A stretch of DNA of 64,000 nt from a phage. The stretch lies in NCBI GenBank assembly GCA_036253495.1, contig GCA_036253495.1_4125.1; one strand, given 5' to 3'. A program made the translations under genes and the position numbers. The notes beneath the pieces were generated by a model, which worked only from the letters and a program-made list of their open reading frames with translations, had not been told where the DNA came from and did not search any database. The stretch's first letter is position 1; every line of letters starts with the position of its first letter. Below are positions 43,687 to 51,495 of the stretch, in pieces.

Positions 43687-43989
43687 ATGGATACTAAATT
43701 TGAAATTAAATTCTTGACACAACCATATACTCCTAATACTGGGAAACGTTTTATTCCTGAAGGAGCAGTAGAGGTTGTTCACCCTGATGGTACTAAATTG
43801 TATTTGAATCCATGTTCATATGAGCGTGCTGTTGAAATGCTTATCATGAACTGTAAGCACAATACAAAGACAGAGGACAGTAAGTACATCAGTTATCTAT
43901 ATAGCGAGCACATCCTCGACTTCCAAGACGAGAATATGTTCATCCTTGCAATTCAAGACTTTGAAAATTGGATTGAAAATATTGTCTAA
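43687..43989 (+). CDS. hypothetical protein, 100 aa
   Basis: track ORF. Confidence 0.65.
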   Translation: MDTKFEIKFLTQPYTPNTGKRFIPEGAVEVVHPDGTKLYLNPCSYERAVEMLIMNCKHNTKTEDSKYISYLYSEHILDFQDENMFILAIQDFENWIENIV

Positions 43990-43996
43990 AATCATC

Positions 43997-44024
43997 TGGA
44001 CATATGACAATTCAATGATATAAT
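43997..44024 (+). promoter_or_regulatory. promoter with extended -10
   Basis: TGGACA 43997-44002, N16, TGaTATAAT ending 44024. Confidence 0.55.
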
Positions 44025-44055
44025 GTTCGCATCTTTTTGATAAACGGAGATAAAG

Positions 44056-44442
44056 ATGAATACAAGTTCTATTCTAAAAGCAATTGGTGGTGTACTTCTC
44101 ATCGAGGTACAAGGTGAACCAAAACTATGTTGTTTAGAAGATATGAAACAAACTAAATTCTTTGGTACTGGTCAGATTTTCAATGCAATTCGTGTTTTGA
44201 ATGATAAAACAGTAGGTGACTACGGTCGTGCATGGCCTAACTATCGCAATGACGAAGGTGAAATCAGTACTGACTGGAAAACAATTGAAGCTGTTCGTCA
44301 GAATTGTGATTCAGATTGGGATTTCATTGTTGAAGTGTGTAATCAACTTCAAGAAGAAGTACCAGAGATTGTTGAACGTAAAGAAGTACTATCACAGCTA
44401 GAGAAGTTCCGTCACGGAACACTACAATACGAAGTACTGTAA
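44056..44442 (+). CDS. hypothetical protein, 128 aa
   Basis: track ORF; SD CGGAGA. Confidence 0.7.
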   Translation: MNTSSILKAIGGVLLIEVQGEPKLCCLEDMKQTKFFGTGQIFNAIRVLNDKTVGDYGRAWPNYRNDEGEISTDWKTIEAVRQNCDSDWDFIVEVCNQLQEEVPEIVERKEVLSQLEKFRHGTLQYEVL

Positions 44443-44496
44443 TATCTCCGATTATTAAAACAAACTAATTAAACATTATATAAAAAGGAATTTAAA

Positions 44497-44805
44497 ATGG
44501 AAGACAACGGAATGAAATTTGATATGTTTGAAGGTGTACCAGAGTTTGATTTCAACAAGCTTGAAAATGGCGAAGAAGCAGAACTCGTAAGTGTTACCTT
44601 AAAATCGGATACTAAGAAGAAATACTCTTCAGCAGTTCGTGCTCGTTCACAAGAAGAATATGAAACGTTCATTGAAAGTATTCATTATGAAACAATGACT
44701 CGTGCAGATGGAAGTACTTATGAAGTTCGCGTTACAGTACTGAAACCTGAAGTTAATCCTCTTGAGAATTTGAAACCAGTCTACTGCTGGGGAACCTCAA
44801 ACTAA
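44497..44805 (+). CDS. hypothetical protein, 102 aa
   Basis: track ORF; SD AAAGGAA. Confidence 0.7.
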   Translation: MEDNGMKFDMFEGVPEFDFNKLENGEEAELVSVTLKSDTKKKYSSAVRARSQEEYETFIESIHYETMTRADGSTYEVRVTVLKPEVNPLENLKPVYCWGTSN

Positions 44806-44820
44806 TACATAATAAAAAAA

Positions 44821-44845
44821 GGTCGGGAATATTCTCGGCCTTTTT
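44821..44845 (+). terminator. rho-independent terminator
   Basis: GGTCGGGA/TCTCGGCC stem (two G-U pairs), loop ATAT, T5. Confidence 0.7.
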
Positions 44846-44859
44846 GTCTATGAGGCACT

Positions 44860-45699
44860 ATGAAATTAAATTTTATTATCAACTTTAATGTTAAAGAAAC
44901 CGATCATTACGCATCAGAAGATGACCGTGTTGCACCAGCTTCGTCTGAATACATCAGAAATGAAAATGTCCATATGCATGAAAATTATTTCGACTTTGGT
45001 AATTTTATTATCTACCGTGGATTTAAGGATGTTGTATTCCGTTCCAGATATGAAGACTTTGAACATGCACTCATTGATGTACCAGATGAATTAGTATTCC
45101 AGTTCATGTTACTTGGTATTAAAGATTATGACTTTATAGTTTATAACCATTATACTAAGCGTATTATGATTGGTAATGATTCATATGATCTTACTTATTA
45201 TTCCAGTACTGATGAAGATTTAGAAAATATTAAACGCCGTTCTGGTGGTATACGTAATTGTTCATCTTCAAACTCCAGTAGAATGAGTGAAAGGTTTTTT
45301 GATTTCAAAAATAGCAATAATAACGACTGTGAAGACGCGGACAATACTGAACATGTAATGTTTGAAATTGACCACAATAATGGATATAATGACTTCCTTA
45401 ATGTTCTGAAGCCTTATATCAATCATAAATTCATCAAAGATGTAAATCTGGTAGCTCGTGACTTACAGTACAGTGATCGTACTGGTGGTATGCCTGTACC
45501 AATGGATCGTGTATGTACGAACAATACAGTGTTTAATGTACCACGAGAAGATGTTGCATTTGTATTTCTGGCATTTTTGAATTCAGATGCACTATGGGAC
45601 GATAATGAAAGACAATTTAGTTCAAGACATATTGAAATAATTCGTCAAAATACATTACTACTGTGGAAGAAATTTACTGAAAATACCCAGGACAAATAA
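44860..45699 (+). CDS. family B-like protein B50 with long C-terminal extension, 279 aa
   Basis: PDELVFQFMLLG in the N-terminal third; remainder unrelated. Confidence 0.55.
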   Translation: MKLNFIINFNVKETDHYASEDDRVAPASSEYIRNENVHMHENYFDFGNFIIYRGFKDVVFRSRYEDFEHALIDVPDELVFQFMLLGIKDYDFIVYNHYTKRIMIGNDSYDLTYYSSTDEDLENIKRRSGGIRNCSSSNSSRMSERFFDFKNSNNNDCEDADNTEHVMFEIDHNNGYNDFLNVLKPYINHKFIKDVNLVARDLQYSDRTGGMPVPMDRVCTNNTVFNVPREDVAFVFLAFLNSDALWDDNERQFSSRHIEIIRQNTLLLWKKFTENTQDK

Positions 45700-45716
45700 A
45701 TTCTTGGTGATATAAT
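45689..45716 (+). promoter_or_regulatory. candidate extended -10 promoter
   Basis: AGGACA 45689-45694, N16, TGaTATAAT (TATAAT 45711-45716); GGTGAT could alternatively be an SD for mini-ORF 45715..45780. Confidence 0.35.
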
Positions 45717-45719
45717 GAT

Positions 45720-45752
45720 GAGTGGCAATATATCTTTGTCACTCTTTTTTTT
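45720..45752 (+). terminator. rho-independent terminator
   Basis: GAGTGGCAA/TTGTCACTC stem (one G-U) followed by T8. Confidence 0.7.
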
Positions 45753-46391
45753 AATCCTGAAAGGTTCCATATGGAAATGATTAAGAGCCTAATCCACTCG
45801 AAAATGTAGAGGGTAGATGAGTAGTCCTTTCAGTACGAACAGCAGATGAAACCCGTCAGATGTGGGCATATTATGAACCCCTCACGGCAATGCGGCTGTA
45901 TAAAGAACTCCGATAAGCACACAGAGAGTTCCTAGATAGACATATAAGGATCGCACCTTACCAGATTTGCTAAGGGAGATTTCATTAGAAATTGCGGTCA
46001 ACTATTTGTACAAGATAGTTGCGTCCAAAATTTGGTGAAATCAAATACCAGTACTGTTCATATGGTACTCGTATTATGTGTCGGGATGTTTAAGACCGAC
46101 GACCGTTGCTACAAGAACCGCGATAGAGAGAAACAGAGCAACCCGCTTTCGCCTCGTTAAGAGAATTCGTGATATGAAATATGTGAAGACCACCAGCGTC
46201 AAATTTTAATTCTTTCCCCCAGTGGGGGGATGAAATATGCTCTTCCAAACCTCGTCAATATTAATTAAAACCATTTAGTACTATTAGAATTATTCAGAGC
46301 GTAGCGATGAATTAATTCTACTGATGTTGATTGAGTGCTAACGAAATCAATATCGAGTACATTATTTGATGTTTCCTAAAAAGGAATAATA
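45753..46391 (+). ncRNA. ORF-free, G+C-richer segment: candidate structured RNA or other non-coding element (class unknown)
   Basis: no ORF of 60 codons or more on either strand over about 640 bp in an otherwise saturated window; several local stems; strand assumed from context. Confidence 0.3.
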
Positions 46392-46934
46392 ATGCCTGTA
46401 TTTTCAAAGAACAAAACAACAGAGATCATTTATAAATCAAAAGAATTTGAAGTACTAGAAGAATTTGATAGAGATTCATTTGATGGATATAAAATAGTAA
46501 AAGAAAAAGGAACTATCAATCATATTGTTGAGTACATGGGAGGTGTAGAACTAGCAAAAATCACTTGTAGACCTACAAAAAACCCAGTAATTTTTTCTGT
46601 TCGCTATGGACATTACGGAGAAGAGCGATATAATTCTAATACAGTATCAAGGAAATTCCATGTTGTAGATGGGAAATTAGAAGGGGAATCCAGACAATAT
46701 AGTGTTCTTGGACTTCCTTTGTCAGTGAAGTACTTCCATCAAGGACATGATGTTACTATTGAAATTATGGATTTTATTGGGTTCAATGGTACAGTAGATG
46801 ACTTCAACTTCTATGTATTAGCAGAAGATGAAGCATTCAATATAATGATGAAGTACGGTTCTAGATTTAAATTTTTATATGAGTACAACCTGGACAGTAA
46901 ACTGTTCGATAATATCTTACAGAACTGTCTATAA
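46392..46934 (+). CDS. hypothetical protein, 180 aa
   Basis: track ORF; SD AAAGGAA; weak repeat-like G.LEGE...Y segments, not assigned. Confidence 0.7.
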   Translation: MPVFSKNKTTEIIYKSKEFEVLEEFDRDSFDGYKIVKEKGTINHIVEYMGGVELAKITCRPTKNPVIFSVRYGHYGEERYNSNTVSRKFHVVDGKLEGESRQYSVLGLPLSVKYFHQGHDVTIEIMDFIGFNGTVDDFNFYVLAEDEAFNIMMKYGSRFKFLYEYNLDSKLFDNILQNCL

Positions 46935-46951
46935 TTAAAGGACTTAATGAT

Positions 46952-47479
46952 ATGGGGAAAAAGGATAATCCCACAAAAAACAAACATTCGGTACACTTCA
47001 GTACTGGAAAAGATAACTGGACTACTCCAAAGGAATTCTTTGAAGATTTGGATGAAGTCTGGGGATTTACACTTGATGCAGCATGTGTTAAAGAAACTGC
47101 ATTATGTGACAAGTTTTTTACACCGGAAGATGATAGTCTTTCACAGGATTGGGGAAACAATATCGTCTTTCTTAACCCACCATACAGCGACCTGAAACCT
47201 TGGCTATCTAAGGCAGTTGATGCTTATAATAATGGTGCAACAGTACTGATACTTGTTCCATCACGTACTGATACAATTGCATTTCAGGAATATGCATCTA
47301 AGCTTTGTGACTGTATTTGTTTTATTAAAGGACGTTTAAAATTTGGCATCCCTGAAGAACCAGATAAAAAGACTGATAGTGCTCCATTCCCTAGCTGTTT
47401 AATAGTACTGGATAAGTACTTAACACCAGCTAAAATCAACCATCTTAAATCTATCGGTCAGGTGATGAAGAATATATGA
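46952..47479 (+). CDS. dam: phage N6-adenine DNA methyltransferase (Dam family)
   Basis: DNWTTPKEFFEDL...FTLDAAC...DSLSQDW...VFLNPPYS...PW pattern of phage Dam-type N6A methylases (NPPY catalytic motif). Confidence 0.8.
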   Translation: MGKKDNPTKNKHSVHFSTGKDNWTTPKEFFEDLDEVWGFTLDAACVKETALCDKFFTPEDDSLSQDWGNNIVFLNPPYSDLKPWLSKAVDAYNNGATVLILVPSRTDTIAFQEYASKLCDCICFIKGRLKFGIPEEPDKKTDSAPFPSCLIVLDKYLTPAKINHLKSIGQVMKNI

Positions 47480-48015
47480 AAGACACTTGTATAGTAACGT
47501 ATGGACGTATAAATCCAGTGCATTTGGGACATGGGTTAATTTTTGATAAAGCCGTATCGATGAAAGAACAATACAATGCTGATTTAAAAATATACCTTAG
47601 TACTACACAAGATTGTATTAAGAATCCATTACCACCTGAATTGAAAATGTATTACACTGAGGGTTTCTATCCAAGAATTCAACACAACATCAGTACTGAA
47701 GATAATCTTTTTGATATTATGCAGGAATTGAATGGTAAGTACAGTGATGTTCTTTTCATATGTGGTTCAGACAGGATAGAAAACTTTCAAAATGTACTTG
47801 ACAGATACAATGGAAACTTGTATAATTTTCGTAATATAAAAGCAATCCAAGCTGGTATAGACCGAACCGTTAGCAAGTACAGTTCAACTGAAATGCGTTC
47901 TTTTGCTAAGCGTGATGATTTTGAAAGCTTCAGTTCTTATCTACCAGGTGATGATAATGACTTGAAAATAAAACTTTTTAAAGATGTAATAAAATACATG
48001 AGGAAAGAACCATGA
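47476..48015 (+). CDS. cytidylyltransferase-superfamily nucleotidyltransferase (NMN/pantetheine-phosphate adenylyltransferase-like)
   Basis: GRINPVHLGH (HxGH motif) and YSSTEMR (ISSTxxR-like motif); ATGA overlap with dam. Confidence 0.6.
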   Translation: MKDTCIVTYGRINPVHLGHGLIFDKAVSMKEQYNADLKIYLSTTQDCIKNPLPPELKMYYTEGFYPRIQHNISTEDNLFDIMQELNGKYSDVLFICGSDRIENFQNVLDRYNGNLYNFRNIKAIQAGIDRTVSKYSSTEMRSFAKRDDFESFSSYLPGDDNDLKIKLFKDVIKYMRKEP

Positions 48016-48305
48016 CAGTACTCTTCAAAACTAACCCAGTACTATGGGAACAAAATGAAAGTTCAGGATATCGTAATATCCAAGTAGAATACAAAGGTAA
48101 CACTATTGTATCGGTTGTTGCGAACAAAACCCTAGGTGAATGGACATGTCAAGTGGTTCCAATGGGTTATTCATATCGTCTGGATGAAGTTGAATTTCTC
48201 GCTAATCTTTATTCACAAATGCAGTTCATTATGAACTTCCTTTGTACTGATACTGAACTTACACACGATGATGTAATCAACTTACTGGACAATTTACATG
48301 TCTGA
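48012..48305 (+). CDS. hypothetical protein, 97 aa
   Basis: ATGA overlap. Confidence 0.65.
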   Translation: MTVLFKTNPVLWEQNESSGYRNIQVEYKGNTIVSVVANKTLGEWTCQVVPMGYSYRLDEVEFLANLYSQMQFIMNFLCTDTELTHDDVINLLDNLHV

Positions 48306-48588
48306 AATAAATGATATCACTTCTATCATATTGGATGAGTGTATTTTAGGATCATACGAAACATTTTCAGTACTAGACGGTATAGAACTATGGCACATTA
48401 AATGCCGTGGTATCAATGGCTTCAGTACTGAATGCAAAAAACTCTTGACTTCGTGCAGTACTGAAGGTAAACTGTGTACAGTGAGGTCATCACCGAGTCT
48501 TTCATATACTGGATATATAATTTATCTTGGAAGTGATCATTTATTCTATCTCACCAAGGAGAACTATTTTGACAAATACAAACAGTAA
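48298..48588 (+). CDS. hypothetical protein, 96 aa
   Basis: track ORF. Confidence 0.65.
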   Translation: MSEINDITSIILDECILGSYETFSVLDGIELWHIKCRGINGFSTECKKLLTSCSTEGKLCTVRSSPSLSYTGYIIYLGSDHLFYLTKENYFDKYKQ

Positions 48589-49186
48589 TACATATTTTCG
48601 TTACCTACGCCTTGGGCTATCACTTCGTCCAATTCGAGGTAAATGTGATTCTCTTGCTGATTTAGATTATGCATATTCCATTTATGATGATGGTGTACAG
48701 TATGTTCTGGGTGACTTCGGTGAGTTTGAAGAAACCAATGACAGTACTGGTATTATGGACGGCATTGAGAATCTAGATTGCATCGTAAACAGTTCAAGAC
48801 ATGATGTAATCAAAGAAATTCATAAATTTATTGAAACTAACACAGCAAAAACTACATGGTGTTTAGTAGGTACAGATCCACAAATGGCAATTGCTTTTGG
48901 TAATGAAGATGGATATGTAGCACAACTTATCATGGATTTTGCATCTAAAGAGAAATTTGAAGAATTCAAAGCAAAGATGGTTCAATCACTTCTTCAGATG
49001 GGTATCCCTGAAGATAAGATGCCAGAGATTCAAGATATTGAAGAATTTGTCTTAATTCCTTCAGATGAAAAATATGACGTATTATTCAGTACTCTGAACA
49101 TTCCAGGTGTTATCGTTGAAAGCTTTGATGACGATGATGGTGAAATCTACATCGAACTGGATGATGATGACGACGACGATGAATAA
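48527..49186 (+). CDS. acidic protein with poly-Asp tail (start uncertain)
   Basis: C-terminus DDDDGEIYIELDDDDDDDE; only in-frame ATG overlaps the upstream gene by 62 nt. Confidence 0.55.
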   Translation: MEVIIYSISPRRTILTNTNSNTYFRYLRLGLSLRPIRGKCDSLADLDYAYSIYDDGVQYVLGDFGEFEETNDSTGIMDGIENLDCIVNSSRHDVIKEIHKFIETNTAKTTWCLVGTDPQMAIAFGNEDGYVAQLIMDFASKEKFEEFKAKMVQSLLQMGIPEDKMPEIQDIEEFVLIPSDEKYDVLFSTLNIPGVIVESFDDDDGEIYIELDDDDDDDE

Positions 49187-49190
49187 TAAT

Positions 49191-49218
49191 TATGCCCGAC
49201 TTTGTTCGGGCATCTTTT
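49191..49218 (+). terminator. rho-independent terminator
   Basis: ATGCCCGA/TCGGGCAT stem followed by T5. Confidence 0.85.
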
Positions 49219-49231
49219 TAAGGAAAAGTAA

Positions 49232-49504
49232 ATGGACTATCGAGTACTGAATAGAACATATAAAGCTTTATACAAAACATATATTGAAAGTAAAGTACAT
49301 AATCCTATCATTTATAAAAATCCAGTTTATATTATATGGAATGAATATTTTACAATGATTCAAAATTACTTTTACTCTAACGAAATCTTTATAGATGGTG
49401 AAATGCGTAAGCTAACACGCGTTGATAGTATAGGTGGTGAAATTGTGTTATTCTATACTGATTCTATTATTGGACAACAATCTATAAATTTAGAGATATT
49501 ATAA
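49232..49504 (+). CDS. family C (provisional) paralog C1, 90 aa
   Basis: N-term Y..L..TYK.LY; IFIDGEMRKLTRVDSIGGEI. Confidence 0.65.
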   Translation: MDYRVLNRTYKALYKTYIESKVHNPIIYKNPVYIIWNEYFTMIQNYFYSNEIFIDGEMRKLTRVDSIGGEIVLFYTDSIIGQQSINLEIL

Positions 49505-49770
49505 TGAATTATAAGGATTTACATTTCACCTATAAACTAACATTTTATATGTATCGTTATGCTGATAACAACTTCATGGATAATGCATTTTATCATCGTT
49601 TGTGGAGTGATTATATAAATTCTTTACGTGAACATTTTATAGGTACTATAATTCAATACGAAGGTAAAACAGTAAAAATATTTCAAGTTGATAGTTACAA
49701 CGGGGATCTATGCTTCAAGGGTAGAGATTCTAGTGATGGATTACATGAGATTTATATCTATGAATTATAA
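49504..49770 (+). CDS. family C paralog C2, 88 aa
   Basis: MNYKDLHFTYK; HFIGTIIQYEGKTVKIFQVDSYNGDL. Confidence 0.7.
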   Translation: MNYKDLHFTYKLTFYMYRYADNNFMDNAFYHRLWSDYINSLREHFIGTIIQYEGKTVKIFQVDSYNGDLCFKGRDSSDGLHEIYIYEL

Positions 49771-50035
49771 GGATTTACAATTCACGTACAAAATTCTTCA
49801 TGAACAATATGAACGTGGTGAAGGAATATTAACTTACGATGAACGAGATTTTTTTCTTACATTGTGGTGTGAATATTTGGCAATGATTAACGAGATTTTT
49901 GTTGATAAAGAATATATGATTGACGACATGACTGTACGTATTATCAGAATTAAAAGTTATAATGGAAGTCTTGTTGGAATTTACTATAACAATGAAAAGG
50001 CGAAAAGCGGATTTGTTGATTTGGAGTATCTATGA
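49760..50035 (+). CDS. family C paralog C3, 91 aa
   Basis: start re-set from 49688 to MNYKDLQFTYK; MTVRIIRIKSYNGSL. Confidence 0.7.
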   Translation: MNYKDLQFTYKILHEQYERGEGILTYDERDFFLTLWCEYLAMINEIFVDKEYMIDDMTVRIIRIKSYNGSLVGIYYNNEKAKSGFVDLEYL

Positions 50036-50295
50036 ACTATAATGATTTACAATTCACGTATCAACTTTTATATGATGATATGAATAACGAATTAGGTTTC
50101 TACTATGAAGTACGTAATAAAATATGGTCAAATTATCTATCTGAGATACAACATCATTTTATAGGACTTCCAATACGTAGAAATAATAAAAACTATCGTT
50201 GTACTGATGTAGTAAGTCATAGAGGTAGGTTGCGTTTAGAATTCTACCGCAGAGACGGGGACTTCATTGGTATAAATTTACTGGATTTTAAATGA
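50032..50295 (+). CDS. family C paralog C4, 87 aa
   Basis: MNYNDLQFTYQ; HFIGLPIRRNNKNYRCTDVVSHRGRL; ATGA overlap. Confidence 0.7.
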   Translation: MNYNDLQFTYQLLYDDMNNELGFYYEVRNKIWSNYLSEIQHHFIGLPIRRNNKNYRCTDVVSHRGRLRLEFYRRDGDFIGINLLDFK

Positions 50296-50580
50296 TGAAA
50301 AACAACTTAAAGGAAATACAAGTATTTTATAGATTCTTATACTTGTCATATGTAACAGATGAGTACTATGAAAGTGTGTATTATTTTTTTATGGCAACAT
50401 TACCGTACTATAGTAAGAGATTTATATATAGGAAAATCTATCATATCCAATGGTGAAAAATGTACCTGTACAGATGTTGTTAGTTTTAATGGTTCTTTAA
50501 CACTGTGTTTCAGATGCGATAATAATAGTGGGTCATTTTCATTAAACGTATATCAGTTAGAAGGAATAAATTTTGAATAA
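50292..50580 (+). pseudogene. family C paralog C5 split by a frameshift at a T7 run (pseudogene, slippage site or sequencing error)
   Basis: frame 0 from ATG 50292 gives the family N-half and stops at 50456; the family C-half (LWQHYRTIVRDLYIGKSI...TDVVSFNGSL) is in the +1 frame; frames meet at T7 50384-50390. Confidence 0.55.
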
Positions 50581-50773
50581 GTGTCCATATTGTAACAGTA
50601 CTCAATTAGCTCGTTTCCGCTTAGATTCAGACTGGGCCACTGGTGCTGGGGATTTCTTTCCCATCAATGATGATGCGGAATACACTGAAGAACAGCACAA
50701 AGATTTTGATAAATCATGGCGACCTGACATTGAGTGCATTTATTGCCTTAATTGTGAGCGTGTACATGACTAA
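50573..50773 (+). CDS. small zinc-ribbon protein, 66 aa
   Basis: CPYC...CIYCLNC (two CxxC pairs). Confidence 0.65.
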   Translation: MNKCPYCNSTQLARFRLDSDWATGAGDFFPINDDAEYTEEQHKDFDKSWRPDIECIYCLNCERVHD

Positions 50774-51029
50774 AGCTGAACTAATAGTTCATACATATAA
50801 AATGATATACAGTACTGAGTTATCCTGTGGTGCAGATAATCCAGTACTGGACTATTTTATAGAATCTTTGAAAGAACATTATATTGGTAAATCACTGATT
50901 CTTAATAATATTAATTTCACTGTAAAGGATGTAGCACCTGGAAAAAACGTACTAATAGTATGTGTTACTTCATCTGATAACCCAGTATACCCAATAACAA
51001 TAATTTTTGAGGTATTAGGTGATTTATGA
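50766..51029 (+). CDS. family C paralog C6, 87 aa
   Basis: start re-set from 50643; HYIGKSLILNNINFTVKDV. Confidence 0.65.
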   Translation: MTKAELIVHTYKMIYSTELSCGADNPVLDYFIESLKEHYIGKSLILNNINFTVKDVAPGKNVLIVCVTSSDNPVYPITIIFEVLGDL

Positions 51030-51316
51030 ATATCATTTTAATACAGAAAACATATGCTATATTGGTGAAAGATTATTCCATTACATTCGATTCACAAGAA
51101 AGTGCTCTACATAACCTATACAAAAACGTAACACAAGAATACAGAAATATGTTTTCTGACTTAGTAGTAGGAAGATATTTCAGTACTAGAAAATATCCAA
51201 AACTTCAAGCAGAGGATGTTTCTTTTTATTTCAATGGTCATATTACTATTCATAGTTTAGACCAAAATTCACCAACGTACTTAAACTTTTCATTCGATGA
51301 GGTAACCTTTTTATGA
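51026..51316 (+). CDS. family C paralog C7, 96 aa
   Basis: LVVGRYFSTRKYPKLQAEDV; ATGA overlap. Confidence 0.6.
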   Translation: MNIILIQKTYAILVKDYSITFDSQESALHNLYKNVTQEYRNMFSDLVVGRYFSTRKYPKLQAEDVSFYFNGHITIHSLDQNSPTYLNFSFDEVTFL

Positions 51317-51495
51317 GAACATTATTTTTTATCTGGAGTCTTTTTTCTCTTGCAGTACTGACAGTTGCAGGTGCTTATTCATTTTTAACAATGAATACAT
51401 GGTATATCAATTTACTATTTCCAATTGTCGGTGTAGGTTTAGGATTTACTTTACATAGTGTATGTAAGGATTTCAATGACAAATCAAACAAATGA
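51313..51495 (+). CDS. small membrane protein, 60 aa (two TM helices)
   Basis: FFIWSLFSLAVLTVAGAYSF and INLLFPIVGVGLGFTLHSV; ATGA overlap. Confidence 0.6.
   Translation: MRTLFFIWSLFSLAVLTVAGAYSFLTMNTWYINLLFPIVGVGLGFTLHSVCKDFNDKSNK

Noticed and set aside
45753-46391. tRNA, tmRNA, RNase P RNA or group I intron in the ORF-free island
   Set aside because: No GTTCGAATC-type T-loop or cloverleaf is visible, and I saw no RNase P or tmRNA signature boxes. The flanking ORFs are complete with their own stop, SD and start, so nothing is split. A loose resemblance to T4 td-intron core strings (CTAGATAGAC, TGCTAAGG) is too weak to call. This is kept only as an unclassified ncRNA candidate.
48527-49186. 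Poly-Asp tailed acidic protein as a DNA mimic or anti-restriction protein
   Set aside because: The only evidence is an acidic C-terminal tail. The charge pattern over the rest of the protein is not distinctive, and the start codon is uncertain.
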